Assembly: GCA_036387875.1 (NCBI GenBank)
Contig: DASVSX010000002.1
Coordinates: 16,706 to 80,705 of the forward strand
Length of the DNA: 64,000 nucleotides
Direction: 5' to 3'
From: Allosphingosinicella sp.
GTDB lineage: Bacteria; Pseudomonadota; Alphaproteobacteria; Sphingomonadales; Sphingomonadaceae
In this document: positions 20,175 to 29,996 of the stretch, piece after piece
Position numbering within the stretch: position 1 is the stretch's first letter
Layout: each line of letters opens with the position of its first letter
Notes under the pieces: model-generated
What the model was told of the DNA's origin: nothing
What the model saw: the letters and a program-made list of their open reading frames with translations, nothing else
The model's database searches: none
Made by a program: the position numbers and the translations under genes

Positions 20175-20258
20175 CGTCATTGCGAGGAGCGGAGTGACGA
20201 AGCAATCCAGTTCTGGCGCTGGCGGCCGCTGGATTGCTTCGCTTCGCTCGCAATGACG
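20175..20258. repeat. CGTC-tagged REP doublet (CGTCATTGCGAG..GAAGCAATC type)
   Basis: CGTCATTGCGAG...GAAGCAATCCAG and CTGGATTGCTTC...CTCGCAATGACG inverted pair. Confidence 0.85.
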
Positions 20259-20296
20259 GGTTTGCGCCCAACGGGCGCAAACCCTACCTAGCCCCA

Positions 20297-20893
20297 ATGG
20301 CTTCTCCCGAGATCGACGCTTTGACCCAGGCGCTGGCGCGACTCCCCGGGCTGGGGCCGCGCTCGGCGCGCCGGGCCGTACTCCACCTGATGAAGAAGCG
20401 CGACACGGCGCTGGCTCCGCTGCTCAAGGCGCTCGAGCGGGTGAACGAGAATCTCTCCGTCTGCTCCAACTGCTTCAACGTGGACACGCTCGACCCCTGC
20501 AGCGTCTGCACCGATTCCCGGCGCGACGGCCGGTTGCTCTGCGTGGTCGAGGAAGTGTCCGATCTCTGGGCGCTCGACCGCTCCCGGCTGTTCCCGGGCC
20601 GCTTCCACGTCCTCGGCGGCCGGCTCTCGGCGCTGGAAGGAATCAGGCCCGAGGATCTCAACATCGACAAATTGCTCGGCCGGGTGGCGAAGGGCGGGAT
20701 CGACGAGGTCGTTCTTGCGATGAACGCGACCCTCGAAGGCCAGACCACCGCCCATTATCTCGCCGAGCGCCTCGAAGGCTTCCCGGTGCGCCTCACCCAG
20801 CTCGCCCACGGCCTGCCGGTGGGAGGCGAGCTCGACTATCTCGACGAAGGGACTCTCGCCCAGGCGCTACGGGCGCGGCGGCCCGTATCTTGA
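20297..20893 (+). CDS. recR: Recombination mediator RecR
   Basis: [11 protein letters not shown]hH, C4 zinc finger, Toprim [10 protein letters not shown]. Confidence 0.96.
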   Translation: MASPEIDALTQALARLPGLGPRSARRAVLHLMKKRDTALAPLLKALERVNENLSVCSNCFNVDTLDPCSVCTDSRRDGRLLCVVEEVSDLWALDRSRLFPGRFHVLGGRLSALEGIRPEDLNIDKLLGRVAKGGIDEVVLAMNATLEGQTTAHYLAERLEGFPVRLTQLAHGLPVGGELDYLDEGTLAQALRARRPVS

Positions 20894-20939
20894 GGCCCGT
20901 AACGGACGGGAAACAAACAGCTTTTTTTCTTTGATCTAG

Positions 20940-20964
20940 GCAACCAACATAGATCAGGTTCGTT
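20940..20964 (+). promoter_or_regulatory. Putative sigma-EcfG (general stress) promoter
   Basis: GCAAC-N16-CGTT, one mismatch to GGAAC-N16/17-CGTT, about 60 nt upstream of the receiver gene. Confidence 0.5.
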
Positions 20965-21025
20965 GAGGTTGCTCGTCGGGTTGTTCACGGTCCCGCCGCC
21001 GCCTGAGTTCAAGACACAAGAGATT

Positions 21026-21376
21026 ATGATGCGCGCTCTGATCATCGAGCCACAGATTTTTACATCCTTCATGATCGAGGATGCCCTTCGGGACGCCGGA
21101 TTCACCTCGATCGTCATGGCGACGACGGAGGAGGAAGCCGTGGCCTGCGCCGAGGCCGATCCGCCGGACCTCGTCACCGCCGCCGTCGAGCTCGAGCGCG
21201 GCAGCGGAATCCGCGCCGTCGAGAGGATCCGGGCGAAGCTCAGGGTGCCTGTGCTGTTCATCACCCAGCATATCGGGCGGGTGCGAGCCGGCGATCCGAA
21301 GGCGCCCGTCGTCAAGAAACCCTTCGCCGCCGCCCACCTCCCCCCCGCCATCGCCGCGGCCCAGGCGATCGGCTGA
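21026..21376 (+). CDS. Single-domain receiver protein with degenerate phosphorylation site
   Basis: CheY-like pattern ALIIE...PDLVTAAVEL..GSGI...PVLFIT...KPF. Confidence 0.8.
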   Translation: MMRALIIEPQIFTSFMIEDALRDAGFTSIVMATTEEEAVACAEADPPDLVTAAVELERGSGIRAVERIRAKLRVPVLFITQHIGRVRAGDPKAPVVKKPFAAAHLPPAIAAAQAIG

Positions 21377-21391
21377 CCGATCCGAAGAGCC

Positions 21392-21680
21392 CGTCATGCT
21401 GAACTCGTTTCAGCATCCAGGGCGGAGCCGCTCCGCGGTCTGACCTCATTGCATCGAGCGTGTATCCTCGACGGCCGGCAGGCCCTTATTTTTTGAGAGA
21501 CGGCGCAACGGCGCAACGGCGCGACGTAGAAAAGGGACTCTCTACGTCGCGTCGTTGCGCCGTTGCGTCGTCTCTTCAAAGAATGGCGCCGAGGCGCCGG
21601 TGGTCTTGCGCAAGGGCTCGTCCAAGAACCTGACGCCAGACGGGCAGTTCGCTGGACCCTGAAACGAGTTCAGGGTGACG
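21392..21680. repeat. Composite ~290 bp repeat element with CGTC-tagged terminal inverted repeats
   Basis: CGTCATGCTGAACTCGTTTCAG ... CTGAAACGAGTTCAGGGTGACG; internal GGCGCAAC tandem/inverted core; homolog at 27394-27670. Confidence 0.8.
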
Positions 21681-21699
21681 GTGGGGTGAGGCGAAGGGG

Positions 21700-22080
21700 C
21701 TAGCGGTAGCTCACCACCTCATATTCGATCCCGTCGGGGTCGAGGAAGTAGAAGCGGCGCCCCGGCTCGTAGTCGCCGTGGGAGAAGGGCGTGAGGCCGG
21801 CCGCGATCACCCGGGCCTCGGTCTCGTCCAGTTCCTCCACCTCGACCCCGATGTGGTTGAGGGGCCGGCCCTTGGCGAAATTGTCGCGATCGTAGACCCT
21901 GCTCGGATCGGTATAGAGCGCGACATAATGGTCGCCGGTGCCGACGTGGATCGTCTGCCCGCCTTTCTGCGCCTGTCCCTGCCAGCGGACCTTCCAGCCG
22001 AATACCGATTCCATCAGCCTGGAGGCCCGCTCGGGGTCGCTCACCGTAACGTTCACATGCTCGATTCTGGGCAATGCCAT
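21700..22080 (-). CDS. VOC/glyoxalase family protein
   Basis: IEHVNVTVSD, LNHIGVEV, FYFLDPDGIEYEV. Confidence 0.9.
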   Translation of the reverse strand: MALPRIEHVNVTVSDPERASRLMESVFGWKVRWQGQAQKGGQTIHVGTGDHYVALYTDPSRVYDRDNFAKGRPLNHIGVEVEELDETEARVIAAGLTPFSHGDYEPGRRFYFLDPDGIEYEVVSYR

Positions 22081-22123
22081 TTCCATTCTCCTCGCTCCGA
22101 CCCCTTCGATTTGCGAGTCGTAC

Positions 22124-22145
22124 GACCTCAAGCTAAGTTGAGGTC
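22124..22145. promoter_or_regulatory. SoxR operator
   Basis: GACCTCAAGCTAAGTTGAGGTC dyad resembling CCTCAAGTTAACTTGAGG, between divergent soxR and VOC genes. Confidence 0.85.
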
Positions 22146-22169
22146 AAGCTTCAATTCGAGGGCATTTTC

Positions 22170-22631
22170 ATGGCATCCACGCCTCTGCTCACAATCGGCG
22201 ATTTGGCCCGTCGCACCGGCCTCTCGGTCTCGGCGATCCGGTTCTACGAGACGCGCGGGCTGGTCGGTGCGATCCGAACCGGCGGCAACCAAAGGCGCTT
22301 CATGCGCTCCGACATCCGCCGCCTGTCCTTTGCACTGATCGCCCAGCGCTGCGGGCTCACCCTCGGGGAGATCGAAAGGGAGATGGCGTCGCTCCCGAAC
22401 GGCCGGGCGCCCAACAAGGCCGATTGGCAGGCGATCAGCCAGCGCCTTCGAGCGACCCTCGACCAGCGGATCGCAATGCTCGAGCGGACCCGCGACCGGC
22501 TCGACGGATGCATCGGTTGCGGCTGCCTGTCGCTCGACGCCTGCGCACTCTACAATCCCGGCGACCGCGCGGCCCGGGCCGGGCCGGGGCCTCGGTTCTT
22601 GCTGGGGGACAAAGCGGCGGACTTCGTCTGA
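22170..22631 (+). CDS. soxR: Redox-sensitive transcriptional activator SoxR
   Basis: MerR HTH plus LDGCIGCGCLSLDACALYNP [2Fe-2S] motif. Confidence 0.95.
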   Translation: MASTPLLTIGDLARRTGLSVSAIRFYETRGLVGAIRTGGNQRRFMRSDIRRLSFALIAQRCGLTLGEIEREMASLPNGRAPNKADWQAISQRLRATLDQRIAMLERTRDRLDGCIGCGCLSLDACALYNPGDRAARAGPGPRFLLGDKAADFV

Positions 22632-22633
22632 TC

Positions 22634-22716
22634 CGTCATCCCGGCGAAAGCCGGGACCTCGGCTCATCTGGCAGAGCCTCTTTCTCGCCGGGGTCCCGGC
22701 TTCCGCCGGGATGACG
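22634..22716. repeat. CGTC-tagged REP doublet (CGTCATCCCGGCGAAAGCCGGGA type)
   Basis: Inverted pair between convergent genes. Confidence 0.88.
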
Positions 22717-22731
22717 AGTGTCCTCCCGACC

Positions 22732-23913
22732 CTAAACCTTCCTGCTCAGCGCCCGCATCGCGTCGTCCAGGCCCTCCAGGGTGAGCGGATACATACGCTC
22801 GTGCATCAGCTGGCGGATCATCTGGGTGGACTGGCTGTAGCCCCAATATTTCTCCGGCGTGGGGTTGAGCCAGACCGAGCTCGGATAGGTGTTCACCAGG
22901 CGCTGCATCCAGACCGCGCCCGCCTCCTCGTTGTAATGCTCCACCGAGCCGCCGGGGTGGCTGACCTCGTAGGGGCTCATCGAGGCGTCGCCGACGAGCA
23001 CGATCTTCCAGTCGTGGCCGAACTTGTGGAGCACGTCCCAGGTCGGCGTGCGCTCGGCGAAGCGGCGGCGATTGTCCTTCCACAGGCTCTCATAGGGGCA
23101 GTTGTGGAAGTAGAAGAATTCGAGATTCTTGAACTCGCTATGGGCGGCCGAGAACAGCTCCTCGCAGACCTTGATGTGGGGATCCATCGAGCCGCCGACG
23201 TCGAGGAGCAGGAGCAGCTTCACCGCATTATGGCGTTCCGGGCGCATCCGGATGTCGAGCCAGCCCTTCCTCGCGGTGCCGTCGATCGTCTCGTCCAGGT
23301 CCAATTCGTCGGCGGCGCCTTCGCGGGCGAATCGGCGGAGCCGGCGCAGCGCGACCTTGATGTTTCGGGTGCCGAGCTCGACCTGGTTGTCGAGGTTCCT
23401 GAACTCGCGCTTGTCCCACACCTTGATCGCGCTCCGGTTGCGGCCGCCTTCCTGGCCGATCCTCACGCCTTCGGGATTGTAGCCGTATGCGCCGAAGGGG
23501 GAGGTGCCGGCGGTTCCGATCCATTTCGACCCGCCCTGGTGGCGCTCCTTCTGCTCGGCGAGCCTTTGCTTCAAAGCCTCCATGATCTCTTCCCAGGAGC
23601 CCAAAGCCTGGATCTTCGCCATCTCCTCGGGCGAGAGATAGAGCTCGGCGACCTTCTTCAGCCACTCCTCCGGGATCGGAACCGCCTCGGTGCCGTAATC
23701 CGCTTCGAGGCCCTTGAAGACCTTTCCGAACACCTGGTCGAAACGGTCGAGCAGTCCCTCGTCCTTCACGAACGTGGCCCGGGCGAGATAGTAGAATTCC
23801 TCCGGGCTGGTTCGGATGACTTCGGAGTCCAGCGCCTCGAGCAGTACGAGATGCTCCTTCAGCGAGGCGGTTATGCCCGCGGCGCGAAGCTCGTCGACGA
23901 AGGAGAAGAACAT
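22732..23913 (-). CDS. vWA domain protein (CoxE-like)
   Basis: LDVGGSMDPH MIDAS-like, YFHNCPYE, VGDASMSPYE. Confidence 0.88.
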   Translation of the reverse strand: MFFSFVDELRAAGITASLKEHLVLLEALDSEVIRTSPEEFYYLARATFVKDEGLLDRFDQVFGKVFKGLEADYGTEAVPIPEEWLKKVAELYLSPEEMAKIQALGSWEEIMEALKQRLAEQKERHQGGSKWIGTAGTSPFGAYGYNPEGVRIGQEGGRNRSAIKVWDKREFRNLDNQVELGTRNIKVALRRLRRFAREGAADELDLDETIDGTARKGWLDIRMRPERHNAVKLLLLLDVGGSMDPHIKVCEELFSAAHSEFKNLEFFYFHNCPYESLWKDNRRRFAERTPTWDVLHKFGHDWKIVLVGDASMSPYEVSHPGGSVEHYNEEAGAVWMQRLVNTYPSSVWLNPTPEKYWGYSQSTQMIRQLMHERMYPLTLEGLDDAMRALSRKV

Positions 23914-23968
23914 GGCCGGCGTTTAGCGCGCGTAGCGTGGAAGGGCCAGCACCCCTGGCTCCCCCCAC

Positions 23969-24054
23969 ACCGTTCGGCCTGAGCCTGTCGAAGGCCCTTC
24001 CTCGTTCTGGATGGAGGGGAAGGGAAGGGCTTCGACACGCTCAGCCCGAACGGT
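23969..24054. repeat. REP-like doublet (CCGTTCGGCCTGAGCCTGTCGAAGG type)
   Basis: Inverted partner CTTCGACACGCTCAGCCCGAACGG. Confidence 0.85.
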
Positions 24055-24091
24055 TTCGTAATCTGGCCCCCTTCCTCCACCGCCTGCATAG

Positions 24092-24106
24092 TTAACGCCG
24101 TTTCAA
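24092..24106 (+). promoter_or_regulatory. Possible CtrA-like site
   Basis: TTAA-N7-TCAA upstream of a chemoreceptor gene. Confidence 0.35.
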
Positions 24107-24154
24107 CATTTTCCCCTTAGCCCTCTGTCCCGAACCACCAACGGGGGCGCTAGC

Positions 24155-25567
24155 GTGGCGAGCCAGTCGATCGAACAACCGGACGGCAATGCGATCAACA
24201 TCGTCGCGCGCAATTGCGGGGCGCTGGCGATTGAGTGCAGCGACGTCTCGGGCTACGTCGCCGGGGTCTCCGAGCGGATCTCGTCCAACCTTCGAACCCT
24301 CGACTCGCTGGAGGACGTGACCAGCCGGCTTCTGCTCGACCAGGCGCGGGTGGCGGAATCGACCGACGAGGCCCGGATCCTCGCAGAGCAGGCGCGCGAG
24401 CGTCTGTCCGAAGGCCGTGCCGCGATCGAGGACACGATCGGGATCTTCTCGGGCCTCACCGACCTCGTAGTCCAGCTCGGCGAGCGGATGTCCGGCTTCG
24501 CCGAGGCGATGAGCCGGGTCCAGAACGTCTCCTCCAGCATCGAGCGGATCGCCTACCGGACCAACATGCTGGCCCTGAACGCGACCATCGAGGCGGCGCG
24601 GGCGGGGGAGGCGGGGCGAAGCTTCGCCGTCGTCGCCGCCGAGGTGAAGAAGCTCGCCCAGGAGACGAGGACCGCGACCAGCGAGATCACCGGAACCATC
24701 GCCTCGCTGACCCGCGAGGCCGAGGCGGTCACATCGGAGATCGAGACCGGGGTCGGCCGGAGCCGGGTCGCCCGAAGCGGCTTCGCGACGATCACCGACA
24801 CGGTCCGCCAGGTCGCCGAGATCGTCGCTTTGGTCGACCGCCAGACCGACGGGATCGCGCAGTCGACGAGCCACATCCAGCAGAGCGTCGACTCGGTCAA
24901 GTCGGGCCTGTCGAGCTTCGCCGCCGACGCCCGCGACAATGGCGGGCAATTGCTCCAGGTCCACGGCCGGCTGACCAGGCTCGAGACCCTCTCCAACGAG
25001 ATGCTCGACCGCCTGGCCAGCTCCGGAGTGCGGATCGACGATACCCCCTTCATCGAGTTCGCCCAGGCCGGGATGCGCGAGATCAGAGAGGCGGTCGAGG
25101 CCGCGATCGCCGCCGGCGAAGTGAGCGAGGACGACGTCTTCGACACCCGCTACACGGCCATGCCGGGCACCAACCCGGTCCAGTACGAGACCCGCTTCTG
25201 CGAGCTCGCCGACCGCATCGTCCGCCCGATCCTCGACCGGCTGATGGCCCGCGAGCCGCGCCTGATCGCCTGCGCGATCACCGACAATGAAGGCTTTCTT
25301 CCGACCCACATTTCGGAGCGCTCCAGGCCGCAGAGCAACGATCCCGCCTGGAACGCCGAACATTGCCGCAACCGCCGCAACTTCCTCGACGACGTCACCC
25401 GCCGCGCGATCGAGAGCGACAAGGAGGCGATGCTCGCCACCTACTCGATGGACCTCGGCCAGGGCCGCTATCTGCCGGTCAAGAACGTCTTCGTCCCGCT
25501 CACCATAAACGGCCGCCGCTGGGGCAATTTCGAGCTCGCCTATCGCGACGAGGCGATGCGGCTCTGA
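24155..25567 (+). CDS. Soluble methyl-accepting chemotaxis protein
   Basis: [33 protein letters not shown]; no TM segment; extra C-terminal domain. Confidence 0.92.
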   Translation: MASQSIEQPDGNAINIVARNCGALAIECSDVSGYVAGVSERISSNLRTLDSLEDVTSRLLLDQARVAESTDEARILAEQARERLSEGRAAIEDTIGIFSGLTDLVVQLGERMSGFAEAMSRVQNVSSSIERIAYRTNMLALNATIEAARAGEAGRSFAVVAAEVKKLAQETRTATSEITGTIASLTREAEAVTSEIETGVGRSRVARSGFATITDTVRQVAEIVALVDRQTDGIAQSTSHIQQSVDSVKSGLSSFAADARDNGGQLLQVHGRLTRLETLSNEMLDRLASSGVRIDDTPFIEFAQAGMREIREAVEAAIAAGEVSEDDVFDTRYTAMPGTNPVQYETRFCELADRIVRPILDRLMAREPRLIACAITDNEGFLPTHISERSRPQSNDPAWNAEHCRNRRNFLDDVTRRAIESDKEAMLATYSMDLGQGRYLPVKNVFVPLTINGRRWGNFELAYRDEAMRL

Positions 25568-25576
25568 CGGCGTAGC

Positions 25577-25658
25577 CGTCATCCCGGCGGAAGCCGGGAT
25601 CTCGGGAAGGCCCGCCGAGACTTCTCGTCCCGAGGCCCCGGCTTTCGCCGGGGTGGCG
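25577..25658. repeat. CGTC-tagged REP doublet with conserved spacer
   Basis: CGTCATCCCGGCGGAAGCCGGGA...CCCGGCTTTCGCCGGGGTGGCG; spacer similar to 54096 and 58267 copies. Confidence 0.85.
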
Positions 25659-25668
25659 GTTGCCGCCC

Positions 25669-26514
<846 letters not shown>

Positions 26515-26574
26515 GCCGGCGGGATAAAGGAGGGGCCGGAGGAGGGCAAGCCACCCGGATAGGCGGTCTTCCGC

Positions 26575-27246
26575 CTAGTCCGTCCCCCGCGCCTGCCGCC
26601 TCGCCTCGAGCAGGTCCCAGAGGCCGTGATGCTGGACCAGGATCTGCTGAGCTCCGAACAGGAGCGCCCGCTGGACCTGCGGCGCCGAGCCGTATTCGTC
26701 GGCCAGTCGAACGATCGAATCCGCCTCCGCGGCGGGATAAGCGGGCGAATCGACCCCGAAGCGGGAGGCGGCGCAGTCGAGGCAGGACCGGATCGCCGCC
26801 CAGTCGAGCACCAGGGCCATGGCCGCTCCGAGCGCGCAGCCGCGCCGCTCGGACAGAGCCAAAGTCTCCATCGCATGGCGCTGGCCGAGCACTGCGGCGT
26901 CCGTCCCTCCGGCGCCCGGAGTGCTCGGCACCGGCCCGGCGGCGACCGCGAGCCGGGCGAGATAGGCGCGCTCGCCGGCGAAGGCGTAGGTCGCGCCGGT
27001 AAGCCAGGCCCGGGCGTCTGGCTCGACGACCCGGGCCGCGGAATGGTCGATCAGGCCCGGATAGCGGCCGTGGAGCACGCACAGATAATGAATGAGGTCG
27101 GCGAGGTCCCGGCCGGCGGTCGGAGCCCTGAGCAGGCGCGGGCCGGTCGCATAATCATGGGCGGCGGTGCCGTGCTCGGCCAAGCGCTCCAGCAGCAGCG
27201 CGCCCGTGCGTGGGCCGCCGGCAGTCTCAACCGATGCTGAAGCCAT
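26575..27246 (-). CDS. Conserved hypothetical protein
   Basis: LHGRYPGLID, SERRGCALGAA, QHHGLWDLLEAR; host-like codon use. Confidence 0.7.
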   Translation of the reverse strand: MASASVETAGGPRTGALLLERLAEHGTAAHDYATGPRLLRAPTAGRDLADLIHYLCVLHGRYPGLIDHSAARVVEPDARAWLTGATYAFAGERAYLARLAVAAGPVPSTPGAGGTDAAVLGQRHAMETLALSERRGCALGAAMALVLDWAAIRSCLDCAASRFGVDSPAYPAAEADSIVRLADEYGSAPQVQRALLFGAQQILVQHHGLWDLLEARRQARGTD

Positions 27247-27393
27247 CTGGCCCTCCCGGAGCGGTTCCCGAACCGCCCTAAAGGCCTGACCTACATCAAT
27301 GCCGTAAAAACCCGGTTTACGCTCCGTTAGGACGGCGGAAAGGCTGTTCCTCCCGAAAAGGGACGATCGGTCGATTTCGCGCCCCTCGATCGC

Positions 27394-27670
27394 CGCCATG
27401 CTGGGCTTGTTTAGGCATCAGGATCGAGCGATCTCGCGGTCTGCCGCCGATGCATCGAGCGCGTTTCCTCGCGGGCCGGCAGGCCCTCGGATTTTGAGAG
27501 ACGGCGCAACGGCGCAACGGCGCAACGTAGAAAAAGTGGCTCTCTGCGTCGCGCCGTCGCGCCTTCTCTTTGAAATTGGCGCCGAGGCGCCGGAAGCGGG
27601 CGCGAGCCTTCGTCCCACAGCCTGACCGCAGAGGGGCGAGGAGCCGGACCTGAAACAGTGCAGGCGGGCG
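27394..27670. repeat. Diverged second copy of the composite ~290 bp element
   Basis: Shares TGCATCGAGCG, GGCCGGCAGGCCCT, TTTTGAGAGACGGCGCAACGGCGCAACGGCG, TGGCGCCGAGGCGCCGG with 21392-21680. Confidence 0.8.
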
Positions 27671-27671
27671 C

Positions 27672-27974
27672 TCAGGCCGCCAGGGCCAGCTCCGGCTCGG
27701 CCTGCGCCTCGGCCGGATCCGCGGCGACCGGCTCGGCCTCGACCTCGACCACGGCCGACTGCCGCGGGTTCGGAGCCACGAGCCGGGTGAAGGCCACCAG
27801 CAGGCCGAGCGCGGCATAAACGGCGAGCGCCCCCACGGGGGAGAAGAACAGGCCCACGGCGAGCGCGATCCTGAGGAAGACCGGGTTGAACCCGAGATCC
27901 TCGCCGAGCGCCTCGCAGACGCCGAACAGGGTGTGGTCGCGGGCGAAAACGGAAGGCTGGGACGTCTGCATCAC
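27672..27974 (-). CDS. PspC domain protein
   Basis: RDHTLFGVCEALGEDLGFNPVFLRI followed by TM segment. Confidence 0.85.
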   Translation of the reverse strand: MMQTSQPSVFARDHTLFGVCEALGEDLGFNPVFLRIALAVGLFFSPVGALAVYAALGLLVAFTRLVAPNPRQSAVVEVEAEPVAADPAEAQAEPELALAA

Positions 27975-28003
27975 GGGCTCCTTGGCGTAGATGCAGCTCC
28001 TTC

Positions 28004-28020
28004 AGCATGAGCCGTGCCAA
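28004..28020 (-). promoter_or_regulatory. Sigma-54 (-24/-12) promoter
   Basis: TTGGCACGGCTCATGCT on minus strand, about 30 nt upstream of the PspC gene. Confidence 0.75.
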
Positions 28021-28415
28021 TTTCGGGTGGTCCAGACTTTACAAGGGGTTAGGCGAAGGTCGGTCGAGCGCCGATGGGTTTTGCGCGCAGGTGCTCGCCA
28101 AAAGTTGGTAAAAAGCACCAAGCCGGCGCGGAGCTCGGCGAGCGCTGAGATGCAGCCCTGATGGATCGACCGGCGGCTTCGCGCTTCTGGCCGGCGACGG
28201 GGATTGATACGGGGCTCCCGGCCGGTTCAGGTGCCCCCGCCGGCTGATTTGGCTTCCTCCGGCGGGGGCGGGGGCCGGAGCGTGCGAACACGAAGATCCG
28301 GCCCCCATCTTTGATCCGTTTGCGGATGATCTTACATCCACAAGGACGCCGGGGAGGTCAATAATATCGAAGCTCCGCCGCGCGACGATCGATCGACGAC
28401 GGCCCGGTTCGCCCG

Positions 28416-29264
28416 CTATTTCGAGCTGCCGCCGCCGAAAGTATAGGTCAGCGCCAGGCCGCCGGAAAATTGGTCGCGCGATCCGAAGCTTCGCACCACC
28501 GGCGAGTCCGCCGAGTCGCCGACCAGCCGGTCGTATTTGGCGTAGCTGTAGACACCGAAGCGCTTCGAGAGCTGCTTGAGGAAGCCGGCGGTGGCGCCTA
28601 CCGCCTGTATTCCGCCGCCCGGACGATAAACGGCGAGTCCGGTGCGCGCCGCTTCGGGCCCAGTCACGCCGAAATAGGCGCGCTGGTAGCGGCCGTCCGA
28701 CCAGGTGACCCGGGGCCCTATCGAGAACAGCCAGTCGTCGCCGTCGCGGGCGACGAAATCGGCGCCGGCCTGGCCGGTCCAGCCGTCGTGACCGCCCAGG
28801 CCCTTGCGGCCTTCGGCGCGGATTCGGAATTTGGGGCCGAACGCATATTGGACGAAGGCCCCCGCCTCGAAGGTGAAGGGGACCTTGTCGAGCGCCGCTC
28901 CGACATCCTTCGCCTTGCGGCTGCCTTCGAAGTTGAGCGCCGGACCGATCTCGAGCCCGCCCCTTTTGATCAGCGAGGGGCCGAAGCTCTCGTCGGGCGC
29001 CTCGAAGCCGAAGGGCCTGTCGCCCCGGCTGATCGAAACGTCGACGAGCGGGCGAAGGCCGTGGTCGTCCGAGCCGGGATACAAGGGCACGAACTGGGCG
29101 CCTAGGCCGACCCTGATCCGCCGTGGCGGCTTGTTGCCGCCGTCCTCGTCGGCGGCCGCCGCCGGAGCGCTCCAGCCCGCGAGGAGCAGGGAAAAAGCCG
29201 CGGCCGCAACCGCCCCGTTCGCCAAGCGCCCGGCGGCGGCCCTTCGCCATTCTTGAATCACCAC
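28416..29264 (-). CDS. MipA/OmpV family outer membrane protein
   Basis: PLYPGSDD, YQRAYFGV, ADSPVVR, terminal TYTF; AAGGAG RBS. Confidence 0.88.
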   Translation of the reverse strand: MVIQEWRRAAAGRLANGAVAAAAFSLLLAGWSAPAAAADEDGGNKPPRRIRVGLGAQFVPLYPGSDDHGLRPLVDVSISRGDRPFGFEAPDESFGPSLIKRGGLEIGPALNFEGSRKAKDVGAALDKVPFTFEAGAFVQYAFGPKFRIRAEGRKGLGGHDGWTGQAGADFVARDGDDWLFSIGPRVTWSDGRYQRAYFGVTGPEAARTGLAVYRPGGGIQAVGATAGFLKQLSKRFGVYSYAKYDRLVGDSADSPVVRSFGSRDQFSGGLALTYTFGGGSSK

Positions 29265-29468
29265 GTCTCTCCTTCGCGAATCGGTGTCCCGGTCGAAAAT
29301 CCATTCCGAACGGCAAGTCTGCCGCCTGCGCAATACCGGCTCTAGTCCAGCCCGCCCTCGCAGAGAAGCGCCCGGCCCGGCTTTTCCGGAGCCCCGCCAT
29401 CCTCGAGGGGCGCGGCCAGCCGGGGCCTGGCGGCTTGTGCGGCGCAACGAGCCTGCTAGCCTTCGGCC

Positions 29469-29930
29469 ATGCAAAGCCTGGTCCTGTCCGCCCTCCTCGC
29501 CGCCGCCGCGCCCGCCGCCGAGGAGCAGGAGGGAAGCCTCTATCTTCTGTCCATCGCCGATATCCGGATCGCGAGCGAGCAAAGGGTGACCGCGTTCAAG
29601 ATCGCAAGCTGGGGCGTCGACTGGGTCGCCTTGTGCCGGATCCCCACCGGCTGGCGCCTCCGGGCCGGCCGGAACGCGACTCCGGACGGGTTGTTCGAAG
29701 GCGAATCGACCCACGGGGCGACCCGGCTCGGCGGCCTCGAACCCCTGCGCAGAGTCGCGCTGGTGCGAGTCTGGGGTCCCCTGCAATGGCGCGCCAAGCC
29801 GTTGCCCGACGGCGTGGTCCCCGCGACCTTCGCCGGCACTCTCAGCCTCTCGGGAGGACGTGAAGTCGGGCTGACCCAGTCGAACCTGCGCCTGACCCCG
29901 GCCCGGGCCTGCCCGGCCCCGGAGGAATGA
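29469..29930 (+). CDS. Hypothetical secreted protein
   Basis: Signal-peptide-like N-terminus, two Cys. Confidence 0.6.
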   Translation: MQSLVLSALLAAAAPAAEEQEGSLYLLSIADIRIASEQRVTAFKIASWGVDWVALCRIPTGWRLRAGRNATPDGLFEGESTHGATRLGGLEPLRRVALVRVWGPLQWRAKPLPDGVVPATFAGTLSLSGGREVGLTQSNLRLTPARACPAPEE

Positions 29931-29996
29931 AACGGGGACCAGACCGGCCGCGCGGCCGGCGGGAGTGATTTTCGGCGGCGGAGCGGGCAGTCCCAG

